From positions 160,001-224,000 of the forward strand of contig CAWAOD010000010.1 in the NCBI GenBank assembly GCA_963783575.1: a stretch of 64,000 nucleotides of DNA, given 5' to 3'. Shown piece after piece: positions 42,231 to 52,436 of the stretch. Every line of letters begins with the position of its first letter. Within the stretch, counting starts at the first letter, position 1. The DNA comes from an uncultured Spirochaetota bacterium (lineage in GTDB: Bacteria; Spirochaetota; Brevinematia; Brevinematales; JAOACQ01). Position numbers and translations under genes: made by a program. The notes under the pieces were generated by a model. The model saw only the letters and a program-made list of their open reading frames with translations, did no database searches and was not told the origin of the DNA.

Positions 42231-44970
42231 ATGAACGATATGGAAATAATCAGGGAGATTGAGAAAGAATTGAAGATTAAACTCAATTTAGTTGATAAAC
42301 TGTATATTAATAGCAAATGCTATACTTTAGACCAATATGAACGGGTAAAAGGAATAAGTCTGGTTGATTTAATAATAAATGATTTGCACAAAATTTCAGA
42401 GTTTCTAATCAGCTTAAATAATCTTAATGAATTATTTTTGATTATTAATCGAATCAATGATATAAATGCACTTCAAGGTTTGATCAGTCTAACAAAATTA
42501 GATTTAAGCGGTAATCTAATCAGCGATATTAAAGCGCTTCAAGGTTTGACTAGCCTAGCAGAATTATATTTAATTGAAAATCGAATCAGCAATATCAATG
42601 TACTTCAAGGTTTGACAAACCTGACAAAATTAGATTTAAACATCAATCAAATCAGCGACATCAATGCACTTCAAGGTTTAACTAGACTGACAAAATTAAA
42701 TTTGAGCAACAATCGAATCAGTGACATCAGTGCTCTTCAAGGTTTGACCAACCTGACAAAATTAAATTTAAACAACAATCAAATCTTTGACATCAGTGCT
42801 CTTCAAGGTTTGACCAACCTTACAGAATTAGATTTAAGCGGCAATCAAATCTTTGATATTTGTGAACTAAAAGGTTTGACCAACCTTAGAATATTAGATT
42901 TATGTGAAAATAAACTTAAAATTCTACCTGAATGGATTATTAAGTTCGATATGGTTAATATAATTGAAGGAACATATTATACTGATGGAATTAACTTATT
43001 TGGCAATCCCCTCGAAAGCCCACCACTGGAAATCGTGAAACAGGGGAAAGAAGCGGTAAAGAACTATTTCGAACAATTGAAACTTCAGGGTGAAGACCTG
43101 ATTTACGAAGCCAAGCTGATGATCGTGGGAGAACCGGGTGTTGGAAAAACATGCCTTTCCCGCATGCTTTTTGACCGCGGCTACGATATTCGCGATCCCG
43201 GATTAAAGTCGACAACCGGCATCAAAGTCCGTTCGGGCTGGGAATTCACCGTTAATGACAAAATTAATTTCAGCGCCCATGTCCTCCATCAATTTTTTCT
43301 GACTTCGGACTGTCTCTATGTCCTTATGGCTGAAAAGAGGAAAGAGCTGGCCAATTTTGACTACTGGCTCAATATCCTCCACATCCTCGGGAAAGACAGC
43401 CCTATCATCATTCTTTTTAATGAAATTGACCGGGACAATGTAGCTACTTTCATTTATGATGAGAAGAAATACAAATATCTTTTCCCGGATATGAACATTA
43501 CCAGGCTTGACATCAACCTTGCGGAAATCAGGGACGGCAGGTTCGACACACTGATTAATAACATCCGCGGATTTTTGAAAAACCTTCCTCATGTCGGTCA
43601 GACCGTGCCTGCACGCTGGAAAGACATCAGATTGGAACTTGAGAAAAGAAAAGGCGAGAAACGCATATCGGTCGAAGAATATTATGGAATCTGTAAAAAG
43701 TTCCAGATTAACCGAAGGGAAGACCAGGAATTGATCCTGAACTATTTCCACCTTCTTGGAATTGCTCTTTACTTTAAGGACGATCCTCAGATTAACGACA
43801 CCCTCTTTCTTGACCCGAACTGGACAGTAAATGCAGTTTATTCCATTCTTTCGGATAAAACGATAGAGCCTTATGACGGCCGTGTTGAATACGCTTTCAT
43901 TAAGAAAATATGGGACAAGAATGGCTATACTGCCGGAGAACAGGCGAAAATCCTCTCGTTGATGCTTAAAGACGCCTTTGAACTCTGCTATGTCTGTCCT
44001 ACGGATAAAAGATTTTATATCGTGCCTTCACTTCTGCCGAAGATTAAGCCACAAAATTTAATATGGAATGAAACTGGCAATCTAACTTTCCGCTTCCAAT
44101 ACCCTTTCATGCCCGAAAGGTATTGTTAGTCGCCTTATTGTACGACTTAACGAATATATAGAAAACAACATCGTTTGGAATGAAGGGGTCATCTTTCAAA
44201 AAGAAGGCGCTAAAGCCCTTGTCGTTGAAAAAGCCACTACAAGGGAGGGGCTCAAGATAATCGAAATAAAACTTTCAGGCGAGCCCGAAAATCGTAAAAC
44301 ACTATTGACCCTGATCCGGGAAGAGGTAAAAAAGATTCAGGAAAGCTCTTTTCCAAATTTGCCATATTATGAAATGGTCCCATGCAATTGCGAAAAATGC
44401 AGTATAAATGAGGAACCGGAATTTTTCAGATATAATTTACTCATGGATTGCTTGAGTACGGGCGACTTTGAAATACAATGCCATAGAAGCCGGAAGATGG
44501 TAAAGGTGATAGAATTGATAGATGCAGTCTTTACATATAATGAAAAAGCACAAGTAATAGGTGCGGGAAAATTCAGCGATAAAACTGAATTTCATTTTCA
44601 TACTGATGGAGGTGATTTAAATATGGGAGATAGCTATAATGTAACTCAAGGTATAGCCGGGAAAAACGTATCAGTCAATACCGCGAATTTTTATCAGTCT
44701 CAATGGGAAGAAATCCAATCCCGGATCGATATTGAAAAGTTAATCGAAGAATTAAAATTGCTGAAAGAAAATCTTGTCAAACAAGCCAAAACCCCCCAGC
44801 ATTATTCAGCAATCGCAGAAGTAGCAAAAGCCGAAGAAGCCGCGCAAAAGAAAGACGGCCCGAAGGTTCTGGAGTTTTTGAAAAATGCCGGCAAATGGGC
44901 GCTTGATGCGGCGACAAGCATAGGAACAACAATAGCCGCCGATGTTATTAAGAAAAGCATGGGGATTTGA
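42231..44970 (+). CDS. LRR-Roc-COR (Roco) protein, 1-nt frameshift at 44112-44114
   Basis: 22-aa LRRs, GNPLESPP, EAKLMIVGEPGVGKT P-loop, COR segments. Removing one C restores FMPKGIVSRLIVR and joins the 44305 ORF (about 912 aa). Confidence 0.85.
42428..42910 (+). repeat. Intragenic 66-bp tandem repeats encoding LRRs
   Basis: Recurrent CTTCAAGGTTTGAC...AAATTAGATTTAA units with 66-nt period. Confidence 0.85.
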
Positions 44971-45097
44971 TAAAAACTCAATTCGCCAAGCCCAAGTAAC
45001 CCTGGGAACAGGATGTTCCATGAGGACTACTCTGCAACCATTCAGACAGCCGAGCGTCAGCTCGGCAGCGCAGCGACTGCGCAAGGTTACAGCCATG
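44971..45097 (+). repeat. Composite hairpin repeat, units 1-2
   Basis: ATTCGCCAAGCCCAAGTAACCCTGGGAACAGGATGTTCCATG and GCCGAGCGTCAGCTCGGCAGCGCAGCGACTGCGC, with homologs at 45809-45997. Confidence 0.8.
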
Positions 45098-45110
45098 TTT
45101 AAATAATTAT

Positions 45111-45139
45111 TTGACAATATTGTCTATATTTGGTATTAT
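45111..45139 (+). promoter_or_regulatory. TA operon promoter with overlapping palindrome
   Basis: TTGACA-17 nt-TATTAT. Palindrome GACAATATTGTC (45113-45124) overlaps the -35 box. Confidence 0.7.
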
Positions 45140-45172
45140 ATTTAGTCTGGAATTGATTGTTAGGAGTATCTT

Positions 45173-45445
45173 ATGAATATCAAAGAAGACATTCAGCCCA
45201 TATCTTTTGTAAAAGCACATGCCACGGAAATTTTGACTCAAATTAATCAAACACACAGGCCATTATATGTAACTCAAAATGGCAAAGCAAAAGCAGTAAT
45301 TGTTGATCCTGATAGTTTTGATAATATGAAAAAAGCAATATCAATTTTAAAAATAATCACTTTTGGAGAAAAAGAATATAAAGAAGGGAAATATACAAAG
45401 CAGGAAGATGTTTTTGCAGAGATTGAAAGTAAATATAGTTGGTAG
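45173..45445 (+). CDS. Phd/YefM-family antitoxin
   Basis: DIQPISFVKAH...PLYVTQNGKAKAVIVD. Confidence 0.92.
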   Translation: MNIKEDIQPISFVKAHATEILTQINQTHRPLYVTQNGKAKAVIVDPDSFDNMKKAISILKIITFGEKEYKEGKYTKQEDVFAEIESKYSW

Positions 45446-45450
45446 CCTAA

Positions 45451-45777
45451 ATGGAAAATTATTCTGTAATATGGATTGACTCTGCAAAAAAGGATTTACT
45501 GGATATAATTGATTATATTGCCCAGGACAAAATAGACACAGCAAAATCTATTTATCATAAACTTAAGGACAAAGCATCTTCATTATCTAATATGCCATTA
45601 AAAGGTCGAATAGTACCAGAATTGAAAATTTATGGTATTGATATATATAGAGAAATAATTGAAAATCCATGGAGAATAATATATCGTGTTCAAAATGATG
45701 AAATAATTATTTTGGTAGTTATAGATGGAAGAAGAAATATAGAAGATATTATCTTTGAAAAAATACTTGAAAAATAA
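45451..45777 (+). CDS. RelE/ParE-family toxin
   Basis: AKKDLLDIIDYIA, GRIVPEL, WRIIYRV, VIDGRRN. Confidence 0.92.
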   Translation: MENYSVIWIDSAKKDLLDIIDYIAQDKIDTAKSIYHKLKDKASSLSNMPLKGRIVPELKIYGIDIYREIIENPWRIIYRVQNDEIIILVVIDGRRNIEDIIFEKILEK

Positions 45778-45808
45778 AAGGTTACCAAACCACCGGGTTG
45801 AATTCACC

Positions 45809-45997
45809 GGCAAAATTTTATTCGCCAAATCCAAGTAACCTTGGGAGCACGGACGCTCCATGGGAGCTTTACTCTAATAATCATATAGTGGCGAACATCA
45901 GTTCGCCAAGCGACACGATGTAGCAAGGATGCGCCATGATAATTTCTCTTTAATCACAAAGGCCGCCGAACTGCGTTCGGCAGCGCAACGACTGCGC
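45809..45997 (+). repeat. Composite hairpin repeat, units 3-5
   Basis: ATTCGCCAAATCCAAGTAACCTTGGGAGCACGGACGCTCCATG, GGCGAACATCAGTTCGCC...GCAAGGATGCGCCATG, GCCGAACTGCGTTCGGCAGCGCAACGACTGCGC. Confidence 0.8.
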
Positions 45998-47306
45998 CTA
46001 GCGTTGTTTCACGGAAATGAATGGCTTTTCATCTTCACCGGTATAAATCTGGCGAGGCCGCATTATCTTCTGTTCGGGATCGGCTTTCATTTCAAGCCAG
46101 TGGGCTATCCATCCGGGAAGCCTGCCTATAGCGAACATTACTGTGAACATGTTTGTCGGGATTCCCATGGCCCGGTATGCTATCCCGGTATAATAATCCA
46201 CGTTGGGATATAGGTTTTTATCCTGAAAATACGAATCCGCAAGGGCTTTTTCCTCAAGTTCCATTGCTATTTCAAGCAGAGGGTCGTTTTTCATTCCCAG
46301 GTAATCCAGAAACTGACGGCAGGTTTGTTTGGCGATTTTTGCCCTCGGGTCGTAGGATTTATAAACCCTGTGCCCGAAACCCATCAATCTCATTTTGGAA
46401 TCTTTGCGCTTAGCCATTTCGATCACATCATTCACCTTCATTCCACCTCTGTAAATTCCTTCAAGCATCTCTATAACGGCCTGGTTCGCCCCGCCATGCA
46501 GACAGGCCCCAGAGCGCGCATATGCCGGCGGCTATCGAGGCATATAGATTGGCGCCTGAACTTCCGACTGTCCTGACTACGGTAGTGGAACAGTTCTGCT
46601 CATGATCGGCATGAAGAATAAGAAAGATGTTAAGCACGCGTTCCACAACCTGGTCAATCCTGTAGTTATTTACCGGCGAAGAGAACATCATATTGAGAAA
46701 ATTCTCGCAATACCGGTATTTATAACTCGGGTAAATAAAAGGTTCGCCGATCGATTTTTTGTAAGAAAAAGCGGCTATTGTCCTCATTTTTGAAAGCAGG
46801 CGGGTAACCGTTTTATCTATTGATTCTTCAACGGGCTCTTTCTCAAGTTCGGGATAAAAAGATGAAAGCGAAACGACCATAGCTGAAAGAACTGCCATAG
46901 GGTGGGAATTTTCAGGAAAGTTGATGAAAAAACGCTGCATATCTTCATGAATCAGCGAATGCTCGTTCATCAGATCGGAAAATTTCTTCCTTTCAGTCAT
47001 GTTGGGCAGTTTCCCGAATATCAATAAATAAGCGACTTCAAGAAACATACAATTTTCCGCAAGCTCGTCGATTTTATAACCCCTGTGAAGCAGAATTCCC
47101 TTTTCACCGTCGACAAATGTAATATCGCTTGATGTGATACCTGTATTCGCGAGGCCCGGATCATAAGTGACATAACCTGTTTCTTTTCTTAAAACGGTTA
47201 TATCTATTGCCTTCTCATATTTTGAACCTTCATAAAGAGGTAATTTTACCTTTTGCCCGTCAATTTTCAATTCAGCATTCCCTTTTAACGGCATTTTATC
47301 CTTCAT
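45998..47306 (-). CDS. gltA: Citrate synthase, 1-nt frameshift near 46503
   Basis: [25 protein letters not shown]. Removing one base restores [13 protein letters not shown] and joins the two ORFs. Confidence 0.93.
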
Positions 47307-47424
47307 AGAAAAATCCTTATAATTATTTCATAATTATTTAAATTATTTTGCGATTATTTTAATATGTAAATTGTTTATTTGCAAAAAAGATCTGTATTAA
47401 TCAAGATTAATTAATCAACATTAA

Positions 47425-48585
47425 TTAATCAATTAAATCCTGTAACGCTCTTTCCTTAAGGAATATTTTTACAGCCGGTATTACCGATGCCGCTAATATT
47501 GCCATGCCTATAAAGATTGCCATTGTACCGAAATAATCACCGATTATTCCAAGCAGGGAAGAGATTCCGACATTACCGAATGTATAAAAAGCTAAAAATG
47601 AATTATTCATAATCAGCTTATCGTTTTCACCGCCGCTTTCAACATATGCGGTGTTAAGAACCGGGTAAAGAATGGAATGTGCAATCCCGTATATTATTCC
47701 GGTAATATAAAGCTGCCAGAAGGAAAAAAGCGACGCGGTAAAAGCCATTGCAACGGCCATTAATGACAATGAAAAGATTATCAGAATTTTCTTCGACAAC
47801 CTGTCGATAAAACCTGAAAAGAAAAATCTTGAAAGGATCGCGATAACTGATAATGATATAAAATATGATGAAATATTGGCTATCCCCAGCCTTTCTTTTG
47901 ATAAATTCGGTATGAATGTGGACAGAGTACTCCATGCACCCCCGAGGATTATTGATGCCGCCATCAGTATTATCAATTCCTTCTGCCTGAGAACACTGAA
48001 GAAAGTCCGGTTATGGCCTTCGCTCCTTTTTTGCTCATGAATAAACGGTACTATGATTATAGACGCTATGCAGAATAAAGCGCCCAGAAGAAAAAGATAC
48101 CGGGGATGATGGAACTTCAGGGCTAATTCGCCAAGGTAGGAACCGGCAGGATTGGCGATCACCCCTGATATTCCATAAAAAGCAATCCCGCTTACCCTGC
48201 TTCCTTTCGGAAGTATTTCAAAAGCAAGCAGCGAATTTAAGGTAAAGCCGAATGCGTATGAAAATGAAGCCATCGATCTGAAAAAAAGAAGCATGAGAAG
48301 ATCTCCGGGGAAAAAGTACATTGCAATAAGTGAAATTAATTGCAGTATAAATCCACTCAAAAGGATATGCTTTATATTTATCCTTCCGATTTTACTGCTG
48401 AAAAATATTACAAAAAGAACCAGCGTCAATGAATTGACATTCATAAAGAATCCTATAAACCCTTTCGACGCTCCCAGATCGGATAAATATGGCGGCAGTA
48501 AATTAAGCGATGCATGGCTTGTAAAAAAGAGGAAATTAAGCAGGAAAATAATTAAAAAAGCAGGCTGAAAAATTGTCTTTTTCAT
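47425..48585 (-). CDS. MFS transporter
   Basis: About 12 TM segments, SSKIGR and FIDRLSKK loop motifs. Confidence 0.88.
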   Translation of the reverse strand: MKKTIFQPAFLIIFLLNFLFFTSHASLNLLPPYLSDLGASKGFIGFFMNVNSLTLVLFVIFFSSKIGRINIKHILLSGFILQLISLIAMYFFPGDLLMLLFFRSMASFSYAFGFTLNSLLAFEILPKGSRVSGIAFYGISGVIANPAGSYLGELALKFHHPRYLFLLGALFCIASIIIVPFIHEQKRSEGHNRTFFSVLRQKELIILMAASIILGGAWSTLSTFIPNLSKERLGIANISSYFISLSVIAILSRFFFSGFIDRLSKKILIIFSLSLMAVAMAFTASLFSFWQLYITGIIYGIAHSILYPVLNTAYVESGGENDKLIMNNSFLAFYTFGNVGISSLLGIIGDYFGTMAIFIGMAILAASVIPAVKIFLKERALQDLID

Positions 48586-48788
48586 AATTTTAAAATGCCT
48601 TCCTTATTCCGGGATATTATAAATATTTGATAGCTTTGAATTCAAAACAGTAATTTTAAAGACAGGCCGGTAAAACCACAAGCATTATGATTGACAGAGG
48701 TTTTGTTCAGATTGTTCTGCCTTAATCTATTATTGATTAATCCGGTTGATTGTTTTATAATAACTGTTTTGATTATAAGCAGGATATT

Positions 48789-49985
48789 ATGATAGATATA
48801 ATAAGAAAAAAAATCGCTTTAATACCGGCTGATTTGCTGTTGTTTTTTATTGCAATCTCGATTTACAGCTTTGCTCAAAGTATTGTCGATGCGACATTCA
48901 ACAATTTTTTAAATGAAACTTACAAATTAACCAATTTTGCAAGGGGCATGCTGGAATTGCCGCGGGAACTTCCGGGATTTCTTGTAATTTTTGTATCGGC
49001 GCTCCTTTTTTTCCTCTGCAGCAGAAGACTTGCCTCTCTGGCAAATGTAATCGGCGCAATCGGCATATTCCTGATCGGACTTTTTACTTTAAAACTGCCT
49101 TTTCTTTTAATATGCCTTTTTATATTCAGTATCGGACAGCACCTTTTCCTGCCGTTGAATTCGAGCATAGGCATGGAACTCGCGAAAGACGGTAAAACCG
49201 GAAAAATTCTGGGGCAGTTAAGCGGAGCAGGCAATATTTTTGCCATAGCCGGGAGTTTTGTGATATTTATAGGCTTTAAATTTTTTAATTTCAATTTTAG
49301 GATTTCATTTATTCTAGCTTCCACAGGATTTCTTATTGCGGCCTTATTTATATTACTAATGAAACCTAACAAGCCTATGCCGATGAAATCGAAATTTGTT
49401 TTAAAAAAAGAATACAGGCTTTTTTACTGGCTTTCCATCCTTTATGGGACAAGAAAGCAGATATTTATAACCTTTGCGCCATGGGTTCTGGTAACAGTGT
49501 TTCATCAAAAGACTCAGGTTATAGCCACCCTTCTAACAATCGGCGGAATTATCGGTATTGTTTTTAAACCGCTTCTGGGCCATGCGATTGATAAACTCGG
49601 TGAAAAGGTCATTCTGGCCGGGGAGGCTTTGGTCTTGATTATTATCTGCATAGGATACGGTTTCTCAAGAATGTTATTTTCAGAGGGAACAGCATTATTG
49701 ATAACTTTTTCCTGTTATATAATTGACCAGCTGTTGATGTCCGTCAGTATGGCCAGGGCTACTTATCTGAAAAAAATCGCTGTAAATCCCGATGATGTGT
49801 CTCAAACATTAACCATGGGAGTTACAATCGATCATACATTCTCAATATCAATAGCAATGATCAGCGGCCTTGTGTGGCTTAAATTCGGATATCAGTTTGT
49901 ATTTCTGATCGGGGCAGTTCTGGCTTTTGTTAACCTTTTTTCCGCTTTAAGGATAAAAATAATTTCTTCAACAAAACCCGCATGA
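48789..49985 (+). CDS. MFS transporter
   Basis: About 12 TM segments, RELPGF, GHAIDKLGEK. Start placed after AGGA RBS. Confidence 0.88.
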   Translation: MIDIIRKKIALIPADLLLFFIAISIYSFAQSIVDATFNNFLNETYKLTNFARGMLELPRELPGFLVIFVSALLFFLCSRRLASLANVIGAIGIFLIGLFTLKLPFLLICLFIFSIGQHLFLPLNSSIGMELAKDGKTGKILGQLSGAGNIFAIAGSFVIFIGFKFFNFNFRISFILASTGFLIAALFILLMKPNKPMPMKSKFVLKKEYRLFYWLSILYGTRKQIFITFAPWVLVTVFHQKTQVIATLLTIGGIIGIVFKPLLGHAIDKLGEKVILAGEALVLIIICIGYGFSRMLFSEGTALLITFSCYIIDQLLMSVSMARATYLKKIAVNPDDVSQTLTMGVTIDHTFSISIAMISGLVWLKFGYQFVFLIGAVLAFVNLFSALRIKIISSTKPA

Positions 49986-50031
49986 TTTGATTTAATTTAT
50001 AGTTACAAAATAACATAATAGTTTTAATTGA

Positions 50032-50060
50032 TTGACAATCAGATAAAATAAAGATAGAAT
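50032..50060 (+). promoter_or_regulatory. sigma70 promoter for the TolC-like pair
   Basis: TTGACA-17 nt-TAGAAT. Confidence 0.65.
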
Positions 50061-50078
50061 GATTTTAAGCTTGAATTA

Positions 50079-51329
50079 TTGGGAGTAATTGTTTTGCAGA
50101 TATTAAAAATATTAATTTATTCAAAATTCAGTTTAATATTAACATTTGCCCTTTTTCCAGTTGTATTCTATTCCGATGAACTGGATGATATAATACGATT
50201 CGCCTTATCAAATTCGATAATGAGCCATAGTTTAACAAATAATATTGAGATCGCGAAATTGAGACATGACCAGATCTGGTTTTCTATAATTCCCGAAGCT
50301 TCCATAAGCGCAAACTATACTTATCAGAATAACGAACCCAACACAAATTATTCCATAACGCTTGGAATATCAAAGAATTTTGGTGATATTGACAGTTCAA
50401 TACAGCAATTTCGTATTGCAGAGAACGATTATAAATCCAGTAAAATTGATCAGGAACTGGATAAAATAAATTTTATAAATTCAATAATTGTTAATTATAT
50501 CGATCTTTCTGAAATTATACACCAGAAAGAAATCTATGAACAGGAAATTTCCAACGACTTTTACATTTATAATATTGTTTTATTTAAAGTAAAGACAGGC
50601 TCTGAAGATCCTTCAGCTTTAGTTCAGTACTCAAATGAAATCCATTTAAAGTCTGATGATCTGGAACTTGATAAATACGATTTCAGCAGCAGAATTGATA
50701 AATTTACCCAGATTACTGCAACTAATCCTGTGCTTTACCAACTGAACAATTTGACTGAATCCGATTATAATAACATTGTTAGTTATATAAAAATAAGCAA
50801 TCAATTGTTTTCATCCATTTCTAAAAAAAATATTGAGATAAGTAATAATTTGATACTGCTTTCGAAAAAAAACAGGGAAATATTATTACCGACTCTGGGT
50901 TTATCTGCAAGCCTGGGATTTGACTTTCTGGCAGGCAGATTCAACTATGGTTATGGAACCAGCCTCAGTTACCCGATATTTGATTTATTCAAAAAATTTG
51001 ATGATATTAAAATATATGCTTTACAGATTTCTAATATAAACATAGATATTTCAAATAAAATTAAAGAAGTCAGGAATAATATTCGTCTTGTGGATAATGA
51101 GGAAAAAACTCTACAGCAGAAAATTAGTTTTTTAGATACTGAAATAAAAATTGAAAGTGAACTTCAAAACGGATATTTTAATGACTATCAAATGGGTAAA
51201 ATTGATTTTTATGATTTTAAAAAGAGAAAACAGGAATTGATTTTAGATGAACTGGAATTAATCCATTCAAAAGCTTTACTGTTCAGATTACACAAGCGAT
51301 TGCAGTACGGCATTCTGGTACAGGATTAA
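50079..51329 (+). CDS. TolC-family outer membrane efflux protein
   Basis: Two OEP-like repeats (IPEASISANY, LPTLGLSASL...LSYPIFD), YQMGKIDFYDF. Confidence 0.7.
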   Translation: MGVIVLQILKILIYSKFSLILTFALFPVVFYSDELDDIIRFALSNSIMSHSLTNNIEIAKLRHDQIWFSIIPEASISANYTYQNNEPNTNYSITLGISKNFGDIDSSIQQFRIAENDYKSSKIDQELDKINFINSIIVNYIDLSEIIHQKEIYEQEISNDFYIYNIVLFKVKTGSEDPSALVQYSNEIHLKSDDLELDKYDFSSRIDKFTQITATNPVLYQLNNLTESDYNNIVSYIKISNQLFSSISKKNIEISNNLILLSKKNREILLPTLGLSASLGFDFLAGRFNYGYGTSLSYPIFDLFKKFDDIKIYALQISNINIDISNKIKEVRNNIRLVDNEEKTLQQKISFLDTEIKIESELQNGYFNDYQMGKIDFYDFKKRKQELILDELELIHSKALLFRLHKRLQYGILVQD

Positions 51330-51341
51330 AGGATTAATAAA

Positions 51342-52412
51342 ATGAATCGTATAATTATTTATTTAACAATAATTATTTTAATATTTATTTCCGGATGCGG
51401 ATTGTATCATGATGTTCAGGCAAACGCAAATCCCATATTTAATTCGAGCGGTTATATGGTTAATGGTGTAGAAATCGGAGCGAATGTTGAAAAATCTTTA
51501 GCCGATTTTGATACAATTCTTCAGCAATCTAAACTAACCTATCCTATTTCGGCAATACAAGCATCGATCGACAAAAAAAATTATATAGACTCGATTATAA
51601 CCGATTATGCGGAATTATCATATTATCCCTCTGAAATAAAAATTAAAGAAGAGCAGATCAGGATTTATCAGAATTTATTCATAGATATAAGCACAAATCA
51701 CAATAAGTTGAAATATCGCCTTGAAGAATATACTTACTTATCCAACAACATATACATTGAAAAGCAGGATCTGCTTCTTATGGATGAAATATACTCGAGT
51801 CATCTGAGTAATTTCCTTGAATATACAGGATTAAGTCAGAAAAATATAAATATGGACCTATTATTTTCAAATAATGATAAAACATCGGAAATCACTCTTG
51901 AATATCAAAATTTGAAAGCGGAGCAGGGAAATAATAAGCAAACCATAAGAAGGCAAAATCTCCAGAATTACCTTCCCTATCTGGATTTATCAATCGATAC
52001 AAGTAATTATTTAATATCCGGTGAACCCGCTTTAGCGGCAGGTTCAAGCCTTGATTTTTCATTTTCAGATATATTCAGAAGAATTAATTATAATAAAATA
52101 CTTGAATTGGAAAACAGAAACATAGATGAAAAAATACCTTATGAAATATTTGAGAATAGAAGCATCAGCAACCTCATAGAAAGAAGAATTGAAACATTAA
52201 AATCTAAGATCGCTATTTTAAAGGAAACAATAAAAAGAAATCAGGATTATAATTCATCCTATTATAAGTTATATAAATCCAAAAAGATTGATTTATATAA
52301 ATTAATTACCCGTTTTGACGATTCAATAAATATAAAACTAGATTTTATTGAAAGTCAAAGGCAGCTCTTTATTTTAAGAAAACGTCTCGAATATGGCATA
52401 TTAAGTAGTTAG
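51342..52412 (+). CDS. Divergent TolC-like lipoprotein
   Basis: Lipobox-like ISGC, YLPYLDLS, YKSKKIDLYKL, C-terminus RLEYGIL shared with the upstream gene. Confidence 0.55.
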   Translation: MNRIIIYLTIIILIFISGCGLYHDVQANANPIFNSSGYMVNGVEIGANVEKSLADFDTILQQSKLTYPISAIQASIDKKNYIDSIITDYAELSYYPSEIKIKEEQIRIYQNLFIDISTNHNKLKYRLEEYTYLSNNIYIEKQDLLLMDEIYSSHLSNFLEYTGLSQKNINMDLLFSNNDKTSEITLEYQNLKAEQGNNKQTIRRQNLQNYLPYLDLSIDTSNYLISGEPALAAGSSLDFSFSDIFRRINYNKILELENRNIDEKIPYEIFENRSISNLIERRIETLKSKIAILKETIKRNQDYNSSYYKLYKSKKIDLYKLITRFDDSINIKLDFIESQRQLFILRKRLEYGILSS

Positions 52413-52436
52413 TACTTTCTGAAAGATTCATCTTTT

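Noticed and set aside
44971..45997. CRISPR array (repeats with 26-27-nt spacers)
   Set aside because: Units are too divergent and long, interrupted by genes, spacers 1 and 3 resemble each other, and no cas genes are in the window.
45781..46000. Canonical integron attC site or cassette array
   Set aside because: AAC-CACCG-GGTTGAA and CGGCAGCGCAAC resemble attC boxes, but I could not pair R''/R' and L''/L' within one element and there is no intI. Kept only as an alternative to test.
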